A DNA stretch of 64,000 bases from Chrysomallon squamiferum (taxonomy: Eukaryota; Animalia; Mollusca), in the NCBI GenBank assembly GCA_012295275.1, contig CM022672.1:5642001-5706000 (forward strand). Reading direction: 5' to 3'. A model generated the notes under the pieces. That model searched no databases. It had not been told where the DNA came from and saw nothing but the letters and a program-made list of their open reading frames with translations. The stretch's first letter is position 1. Each line of letters begins with the position of its first letter. Below are positions 53,706 through 64,000 of this stretch, piece by piece. A program made the position numbers and the translations under genes.

Positions 53706-54329
53706 ATTCATCAGTTACATCTCTGACATCTACAACCACGCATTAATGCTTATTAATCTAAAATAATTACAAATGAAAGGTCAACTTTTTTTTTACGAGC
53801 TTTAATTAATTACGACTAGTAAACAAAAATAATGAAAATCAACCATCGTGGATAGTTATCCCTGGACAATTATATATCTATATATATATATATATATATA
53901 TATATCTACATATACATCTATATATATTATATATGTAGATGTAGATATAGATATTAATATATTAATAAATATATTAACTGATATGTCTGTCACAGAGCTT
54001 TAATTAATTATCTGTTTCAAGGAAGCACATCAAAAAAAATCTTCAACAAGGTAAGTTTCAGTTTTCATTATTGGTCTCTCTTTTTCTCTCTCGCTGTTAT
54101 ATTCCTTATATTTTAAGTGTTGTTTTTTATGTGTTTTTTTTTACCATAGTTTTATATCTGAAATAAATGAGAAATAAAAAAAAAAAAAAAAAAAACACAT
54201 TATTTATATTTAGTGAAGAATAAACACAGTGTTTATACCTATAATATTGTGTTTATTTATCTAATCTTTTATTCCTTATCATCATCATAATTATGGTTGT
54301 GATTGTTGCGGTTATCTAAACCATGTTTC

Positions 54330-54460
54330 ATTTATTAAAGACCATGATATGTTCTTTCTTATATGTGGAAAGATTTCAGGAAAACAATAATAATAATAAA
54401 AAATTGCTTATCGGTAAGAGTAACCCATGCGAATGGTAGAAGGGAGATAACTCTCTTAAA
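54330..54460 (+). mobile_element. Degenerate SINE core fragment
   Basis: aaagaccatgatatgttctttcttatatgtgg ... tgcttatcggtaagagtaacccatg matches the same core order. Confidence 0.45.
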
Positions 54461-55130
54461 TCATCTTTATGTAAAACTAAAAGCTGTAAATAATTAATGT
54501 AATGAGAATTGCTAAATATTAATAGATTCAGTTTAATTGTATTTTATATAAAAAAAGTATTCACTGATATTTACTTTGATATAAATGATGTTATAATTCT
54601 GAGACCATGGCATCATAATCATCATCATCATCATCATCATTATAATAATAATACAATGATAAATTATCAAAACTACACAAAACTTGTTGTAAATGTAATA
54701 GTGAAAAGTGTTTGAAAATAAAACACATTCTAACTCATTAGTGGTAAAGACTCATTATAAATTCAGTGTATGTCTAACTGTCCTAAAGTTTTAATTACTT
54801 TGAATTAATTATGCTGCATTTTACGTACGTTTGGAAAATAGCGGAAACGACAATGTTGTCTAACTTCGAAAAACACTATTTATAGGTCATGCTTATAACA
54901 ATGCATAAATAAAACCATCTGTATTTTATGTCTTTCACTCGTGAGAAGTCAGTAACGGAGACATGACTTTATTTATTGAAAAATGACGGGCTTTTAATAA
55001 AACTGACATTACTGGTATATGTACATCTTGCACGTTTGACGGCAAGAGTTATGTCCCTTGGTTCATAATTTTTATTTTTGTAATTACATTGCAATATAAA
55101 TGGTTGTAAATCCGTTTCAGTGTACATAAA

Positions 55131-55184
<54 letters not shown>

Positions 55185-55776
55185 AATAAATAAATAAATA
55201 CTAATAAAGCATTCAAAATTTCAAAACTAGGACATTTATTTCTGCAATCTGCTTTTTGATAAAGTATAATAAACAAATAATATAAACAAGTATACCACTA
55301 ACAGGAACAAATGAAAATTTGAACTTACCTTTTGTATTGTTAAAACATGTATATACACCAATACTGAAGAACTACTTCTACTACTGCTACTACTACTACT
55401 ACACAGTGAAATGATGTATTCTGGTTTCAGTTTATGATTAAAATACAAGAAGAATTTAATAAAAATGTAAAATATTTCATACTGTCTTTTTCAAACATTC
55501 ATTCTTTCTTACACAAAAACATTCTCTGTATTTCTCTGACATTCTCTCATTATCTCTTTCTCTCTTTTAAAAAAAAAAAAAAATACTTTTTATCTTTCTC
55601 ATTTTCTGTCTCTTTATTTCTCATTTTTACTATCTTCTGTCTCATTATTTCCATTTGTCTCTATTTCTCTTTTTAACGCACATGTATTGTATCTTTACTT
55701 TTCTGGGGTTTTTTTTGTGGGGGTTGTCTACTTTTCTCTCTCTTTTTATATCATTCTTTATTGTATCTGTATAACT

Positions 55777-55779
<3 letters not shown>

Positions 55780-55851
<72 letters not shown>

Positions 55852-55924
55852 CCTTTAAGTCTATTTTTTCTTTTACTTTCTCTTTCTCTCACTTTTTCTC
55901 TCTTTCCTCATTCTTTCCCTTCCT

Positions 55925-56009
<85 letters not shown>

Positions 56010-56094
56010 ATATACTTTAAGTCTATTTTTTCTTTTACTTTCTCTTTCTCTCACTTTTCTCTCTTTCCTCATTGTTTCCCTTCCTTCTCCTTTG

Positions 56095-56153
<59 letters not shown>
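55780..56153. repeat. Compound (CT)n microsatellite with a duplicated pyrimidine-rich spacer
   Basis: Three (CT)n tracts separated by two near-identical ctttaagtctattttttcttttactttctctttctctcactttt spacers. Confidence 0.9.
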
Positions 56154-56158
<5 letters not shown>

Positions 56159-56944
56159 AACACTGACACATAAAATTGTATTATTCAGCAAACAGGTAAT
56201 ATTTTACTATGCACCCGCATCAAATACTTGAGTACAAAAACATCAGTACTGAAGATATATGACCAAAGAAAAACGATACCCAGGTAAAATGACACACATG
56301 TATATTATTAGACCTTAGTTTAAAAAAAACCCACAACAACAAACAAAACAAACTATTTAAAAAAGAAAGAAGAGCTTACTGACAACGTCGTTTTTTTTGT
56401 TTTTTTTTTCTTACGTGATATTTTAATTGTTATAGCCACTCCACAACTGGATATTTATTAGTATCTGCTACTTTGGCCTTTTCCCATTCTGCTCTGTACC
56501 CTATATCTGATACATCCAGAAATCTATTGTTTGTGTTTTCCTCTGTTTAAGGAGAAACAGTAACAAAGACCTCTCTGTTAAATTTTTGTGACATAACAGC
56601 TATTAATATCTATGTGATCACTGAGGAATTTTCTTTATTCTCTTTTCCGCCATGTCTGAAGCCTTCAGAAAAAAATAAAAAAAAAGAATAAAAAATTAAA
56701 AACTTTCATCTACTTCTGACAGTGTTTTTGTAATGTTAATATTTTCTTTATTGTTTTATGTCTTAACATCTATTTACCAAGTCTGATGAGCTCATAAATA
56801 AATAAACATTCTGCATGTGCATTTTCTGGAGGGTGATATTTGTGATATTTTCTTGTTTCAGCTACCATATTGTGATTACTTGCTTATCACATGTTTGCCT
56901 TGCATTTATTTGTATTTATTTCACTGTCTGTGAGAAGGTACATC

Positions 56945-57225
56945 TAAATAATATAATGTAATCAAATACACTATAAATAATGTAATGTAATATAATAAAT
57001 TATAATCCAGTGTAATGTAGAGTAATGTAATTAAGTGAAATGTAATGTAATATAATAATATTATAAAATAATAATATAGAGTATAGTGTATTGTAGGTTA
57101 ATGCAATATAATGTAACATAATGTAATACAATGTAATGTAACATAACGTAACGTAACATAACGTAATGTAATATAACGTAATGTAACATAACGTAACGTA
57201 ACGTAACGTAATATAATGTAATATC
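56945..57225. repeat. Pentanucleotide microsatellite (TAATG/TAACG/TAACA)n
   Basis: Seen directly. Confidence 0.85.
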
Positions 57226-60200
57226 AAGGGCTGATAGCAAGAATTCTGTGAGTCCATAAATGGGAAACATTATTTAATTCCTCTATAGTTTTTGGTAGTT
57301 GGTGTAGTATGCGACAGAAGTGTCTCTCTCCGTATCCCATGACTACTGACTATGTACATTCAGCAGAACGAAAAAGAAGCATAAAACTCCCTGATTCTTA
57401 ATTATAATATATTATAATATATAATATAACACATTAAACTGTATCACTCATTTTTCTAGAAATAACAATTTTATACTTACACAGCTCTTGACGTTAATAC
57501 CTGGTATAATGTACTGTGCTGTAATATGATATGATATGATATGATATAGTATAGTCTAGTGTACCACTGTATAATGTGGTATCGTACTGTTTGATTTAGG
57601 ATAGTATAGCATGGCATGGATTCTTTTTTTTTTTTTTTTTTTTTTTTTTGTCGTTGTACATGATTATTGTAATTTATTTTAAGAACAAAAAACTAAATTA
57701 TAACTTTTTTCTTTCTCATAATACATCACAGCATAGCTTAAAAATAACATCAAGTATTAAACGCTTTGCATGGTTATCAAAGCAGAGCTTTAACAAAATT
57801 TAAAACGTAAACTTTCAAAGTATAAAAAAGAATACCACGTATGTAAAAATTCAGAATTTATAAAAGATTAATTTTTATGAAAAATAAATTCTTGTGTGTA
57901 AGCGATTGCATCATCCCTGATTACTCATGCTACGGTTGGTTGATTTAGAAAAGATTTAGCACGCTTGATTGCACATTCTGCCAAGTAACTTAATCTGGGA
58001 ACCCTTTGGTTATTTAACACAAAAAAACAAACAAAAAAAAGCTGTCACAGTTTTAGAATGTTAGAATAGTGTAGATAATGAAAACTGAGCGTTAACATGT
58101 AAAAATAACAGAAACAGAGTTTATACATAAAGAAAAATAATTGATATAGAGTTAGTATATTGTGTGTTAGAAAATTAGTTAAAAAATGATTGAAATAATG
58201 TTAGTATTTTTTTAAAAATCTGCAAAAAACTGATAACGCTGTTGCATCCTATTTTTTTGGATTATATTTGTAAGCAGACTAATAGTTTTCATACATATGA
58301 TAAACAAAAAAAAAGAGAAAAGTTTATACACAGAGTATATACTGGCACATATACATATTATATGTTTTTGTGTGTGAGTGTGTGTGTTTATGTATGTATG
58401 GATGTGTGTGATTATGTATGTGTGTTTGTGTCTGTGAGAATGTGATATCTACTCACTTGCGTATACAAGTACACACACACATGAACACACACACACACAC
58501 ATACACACATGCATACAGACACACCTGTAAATATATTTTATATATACACATACATTATACACACACACACACACACACACACATATTTATTTATTTATTT
58601 TACACACACACACAATGATCACTCCATTCTTAAACATCGGAATAACAAAAAATCATTCCTTCCTGAATATATATTTTAACAAATTTTGCTGGCAGCCTCA
58701 CATAGTGGTAATGCATAACCAGGCTGGGAGCTGTCACTGTGTCTGACAGTAACACAAGAAAAATGAAGTAACAGCTGACTGCTATAAACTAGTACACACT
58801 AGTTATTTTCATAAAACATTCTTTAAATAACTAACAGCCATAAATAATGTTTAAATCATTTTTATTAGCTTGTTAGTTGGGTATAATATGTGTCTGTATG
58901 TTCCTGTGCTCTCTCCTTCTCATTTTATTTCCCTTTTTTTCTATCTCATTTTCTTTCTTTCTTGCTTTCTCTCCTCATTTTATTATTTTTTCTTTCTTTC
59001 TTTATATTTTCATTTTATTTCCTTCTTTCTCTCATCCCCGTTCTTTCTTTTTTCGTTTTCTCTTTCTCTATTTTATTTATCTCTTTCTATCTATCTCTTT
59101 ATCTTTCTCATACACATGTATATGTTTAACTGTTAATTTATTTTCAAGGTATAAAATATTGATACAGGTACATATACATTTTCAAGGTTATATATTTATT
59201 TATTTATTCGAATTTAATGTGAATATATAAGAAGAAAAAAAGAAAAAGAAGAGAAACAAAAAAGATAATTTAATATGTCAGAAGGTTTTGTCAAATTTAT
59301 TTATTACCATATGTTGGATGTGAACTCTTTTTTTTTAAAGTCCTGCTGATAATCATAATGCATTAGTTAGAACAGGAAAAACCCTATTCATTCAATAAAG
59401 AAGATTTTTAATTCTGTGTCCCAAACAGCAAAAAGAAGTACTTTACTTTCTGAGGAAAGACCATTGTTAAGTAAACTGAATAATATCAGTTATAATTATG
59501 ACAGTTAACATTTGATATTTTTCTCTTTATTATTATTATGGTGATTGCAACTGTTATTATTATCATTATTATCATGATTATTATTTTGTTACTGCTATTG
59601 CTATGATTACCTTTATTATTACCAATATTATTTTGTTGTTGTTATCATTATCATCATCATCATCATCATCATTATTATTATTACTTTATTATTATTTTGT
59701 TGCTGTTGTTGTTACTGTTATTTTATTTTTTTTACAATTGTTTGAATTGCTGTTTTTGTTATTTTATTATTTTTGTTAATATATTAATATTATTATCATA
59801 GTTGTTATCATTATTATTATTACTATTATTATTGTTGTTGCTGTTATTATTATTCTTTCTATTATTATTGTTGTTGTTTTTGTTTGGTTATTATTATTAT
59901 TATTATTATTTACTATTTTTGATTACTAATAACTGTTTTTGACAAAACTGTAAATTGTGCAAATAATAATTCAGTCAACACAATGAAATACGACAAGTTT
60001 TGAACAAATGACAGAAGTAGGATCAAAAGCATTTAGTAAGTACAGGTGTTACAACGTAATTAAATTCAAATTTACACCTGCCAAATGTGACATTGTTTTA
60101 AAGTGACTTCATTTCAAAAACGATAAGTGTGCATCAAAACTGTAGCCAGTCAGTTTAAAAATCAAACAGATGGGAATAATAAAAAAAAAAAAGCTATTAA

Positions 60201-60254
60201 AATAATTATAAAAAAGAAAAAAAAAAAATAATAAAAAAAAATGTTTTTTTTAAA

Positions 60255-60288
<34 letters not shown>

Positions 60289-61032
60289 TTAAAATAAAAA
60301 TAAAAATATTATGCTAATTTAAAAAAAAAAACAAAAAAAAAAAACAACAAGAAACAGTGAAATTATTTATTTTATTATTATTATTATGGTTTTTATCATC
60401 ATCCTTATTATTTTGCTAGTCCTGTTTTCCTTACTGTAATTAATTTATTTATCTTCATGTTAACTGTATATTGATGATGATGATGATGATTATAATATAA
60501 TAATAATAGTAATAATAATGGTGTTGCCGTTGCTGCTGCTGCTGATGATGACAGTGAAATGATCATAATGATAATAAAAATATTAATAATCATCACGGCA
60601 ATGGCAGTCAAAACAATATCAATGAAAATAATATTAAAATATATTTATTTTTAATATATATTCACTAATTAGAAATAACCCCATGATAAAGGCATGAGTT
60701 AATTTTTGAAACAGTACATCATTACAAACTTTTCTTCATCACCTGAAGAACTATTTCTTTTTTAAACATTTAGGCTATTCCTTATTTGCAATTCCTAGTA
60801 ATACAACACTCCATAAACTTCTAATATATATATATATGTTTCTGAAAGTGTTTTACAATGTTGAAAATGTAATATAAATTTGTATGTTAAAATAGCATAT
60901 CAAAAAGTATATATCTTTTCATTAGGCCATCTCATTATGTAACATATTTTCGTGAGCTATACTAATTTAAAAAATACTTAAATTATGTTGTGAAAAATAA
61001 TTAAATCAAAATTTTAATTAAACATAAATTAA

Positions 61033-61076
<44 letters not shown>

Positions 61077-61589
61077 CATCATCATTATAAATAAAGAAAA
61101 AGAAAATAAGAAATCAAAGAAAAAAAATTAAGAAGAAAACTAAAAAGAAGAAGTAGAAGAGCTGATAAAGAAATTTAATATTTACATTATCTCTCTCTCT
61201 CTCTCTCTCTGTATGTGTGTGTGTGTGTGTGTGTTTTAATTGAGTCAATTTCAGTCTGTTTACGAACATCTGAAGCATGCCAAGGATTTTAGTTGACAGC
61301 AGAGTAGAGATAAAAAGATTTATAAAGATGTGCAGGTAAATTTACCCCAGGCTGGATTTAGATCGTCTTTTTGTGTAAGTACTGAACAACTCTCTCACTG
61401 ACAACTGCCCTGCTGCACAGTGACATCATACAGATAAACAAAACGTCTCCAACAACAACGAGCTTCTCAGATCGTTTCATATTATATAATACCTGCCGTC
61501 TGTGTGTTTGTCTGTTACCGAAATATCATATTGCACATCCAGTCTGTTAAGTCTTGTATGTTAGCCTGTATACCAAGTTTGAAATCTTG

Positions 61590-61699
61590 TGGTATTTTTC
61601 TTGCAAAACATGTTATACACACTGAAATGTTAAAGACGTCATCAGTTGTATTACTTTCGTATCGTGTTAAGAAACATCACTCACAATATTGCTTGTAAA

Positions 61700-61734
<35 letters not shown>

Positions 61735-62346
61735 AAGTCACAAGTTATATTATTTGTGAATCATGTTATAAACATCATTAATTATATTACTTGTAAATCA
61801 TGTTATGCACCTAGAAATGCTAAAAACGTCATCATTTGTTTTACTTGTAAATCATGTTACAAACATTTTTAATTATATTATTTGTAAATCGTCTTACAAA
61901 TGTCTTTAATTATATTGCTTGTAAATCATGTTATAAACATCTTTAATTATATTACTTGTAAATCATGTTATAAACATCTTTAATTATATTACTTGTAAAT
62001 CATGTTACAAATATCTTTAGTTATATTACTCAGTAAATCATGTTACAAGCGTCTTTCGTTATATTATAACAACAACTACTGTATTAATGTTAATAAATTA
62101 ATAAATGACATTACTTATATTACAATCACCATTCATTTTATTACTTGTAAATCATGTTAAATATACCATCAGTTGTAAATCATGTTACAAACATCATCAG
62201 TCATATTATGTCAATATTTTCATCAGTTCTGTTACTTGTGAATTAACCTATACATCTATCATGTTAAAAACACCATTAAATATATTATTTGTGAACTGTA
62301 CATCTATCATGAAATTTTCTTTATATTAGTTGTTAATCGCGTGGAA

Positions 62347-62381
<35 letters not shown>

Positions 62382-63790
62382 TACTTGTTGAATTATGTTT
62401 CCGACTTCATGTTAAAAACATAGAAGTTATAATGTTATTACATTTATAGCGTTAATACCGTCATTAACTATATTACTTGTTAATCACGTTAGATACATTA
62501 TATTATTTGATAATTATATTGCACACCTATTATGATAAAAGTATGATCAATTATGGTATTTGTGAATAACTCTAAAAACCTATCATTTTAAAAACATTAG
62601 TTATATTGCTTGTGCATCATATTATATATATATGCATAATGTTCAAAACATCACTAATTGTGCACGACACGTGTTATAAACGCACCATGTTCAAAACGTC
62701 ATCAGTTACATTAAATGTGAACCATCTTGTTCAAAATTGTTTTAAAAACCTTTCTCTAATTATGTTAAAAAACCTTAATTCTATTACATGTGAATTATGT
62801 TACAGACGTATCATGTTCAAAACGTCATCAGTTACATTATTTGTAAATCACGCTACATGCCTATTATGCTGCTGAAAGACGTCACATGTTGCATTACTTG
62901 TGAATCATGTTACTACATACATCATGTTAAAAACGTCATCAATATAATATTAGATGTAAATCATGTTGTATACCTATCATGCTAAAAACGTCATCAATAA
63001 TATTACACGTATTACATCATCAGTTAAAAAAGTCATCACTTACAATATTTGTAAATCACGCTACATATACCTGTTATATTAAAGAAACATTAGCGTTACA
63101 TTACTTGTAAATCATGTTACAGACCTATCATGTTAAAAACGTCACCAGTTACATTATTTTTAAATCACGCTACATACCTATTATGTTAAAAACGTCATCA
63201 ATAATATTACACGTAAAACATGTTACATACATATCATGCTAAACAAGTCATGAGTTACACTACTTGTAAACCGCGTTATATATCTATCGTGGTAAAAACG
63301 TCATTATTTATATTATATTACTTGTAAATCATGTTATATACATATCATGTTAAAAACTTCATCATTTATATTACATTACTTGTAAATCATGTTATATACA
63401 TATCATGTTAAAAACATCATCATTAACATTAGTTGTAAACATTGTTGCATACCCATTATGTTAAAAACGTGCTCGATTTATATTAATAAATATTAAATAC
63501 TTACTATGTTAAAAGCATCTTTAATTTTATACGACTCATGTTATACACATAAAATATTAAAAGCGTCATCAGTTATATTAAATCTGAATCATCTTATATA
63601 CCCACTATTTCAAAAACCTATCACTAATTATATTAGTTGTACAGTTTGTTAAAAACTTCAGTACTTTCGAAAAACGTCATCACCTACATTACTTGTAAAT
63701 CATGTTTCATACGATTGTATGCTTAAAACATCATCAATTTGTGAATTACTTGTGAATCATATCATACACCTATCACGTCAAAAACATCAT
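61590..63790. repeat. Diverged satellite with core ttacttgtaaatcatgtta; 37-bp and 53-58-bp unit variants
   Basis: Period 37 (61954->61991), 53 (63103->63156), 58 (63320->63378). Confidence 0.9.
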
Positions 63791-64000
63791 CCCTCAGCTA
63801 AGATGGAATGCTTATGATAAAATATTTTATTGTGATAATTGTGGTGGTAAAGACAACAGTAATGATATCTTTAAATGATTATATAATGTCGGTGATGATG
63901 GTGATATTACACAGATAAAGATCTAAAAAGAAGAAAACGTACGCGTCACTGGGAACAGAATCCTCAGATTCAATTTCTGCGTTTTAAATGCTATGAATAT

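Overview
AT-rich, microsatellite-dense eukaryotic (animal) genomic DNA, most likely from a gastropod mollusc (inferred from the SINE/MITE relics and a mollusc-type membrane-protein motif). Two spliced minus-strand genes can be reconstructed by hand with GT-AG introns and consistent phases. One is condensin I subunit G (NCAPG; 18 coding exons, 20951->10266, 955 aa). The other is DDB1- and CUL4-associated factor 10 (DCAF10/WDR32; 6 coding exons, 30899->27299, 584 aa). The most unusual feature lies between them: a decaying tandem copy of the NCAPG promoter/5'UTR exon (24613-24931, versus 21352-21702) fused directly to an orphan, intronless C-terminal fragment of a single-pass membrane protein (24225-~24612). 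NCAPG intron 7 carries a fossil pogo/Tigger transposon with a readable transposase N-terminus. The remainder (1-10 kb and 32-64 kb) has no recognisable coding sequence. It contains hairpin-based minisatellites (33, 51 and 37/53/58 bp units), a ~600 bp foldback, SINE relics, promoter-like patches and possible small exons of genes extending beyond the window. All alignments were made by eye; no database searches were run.
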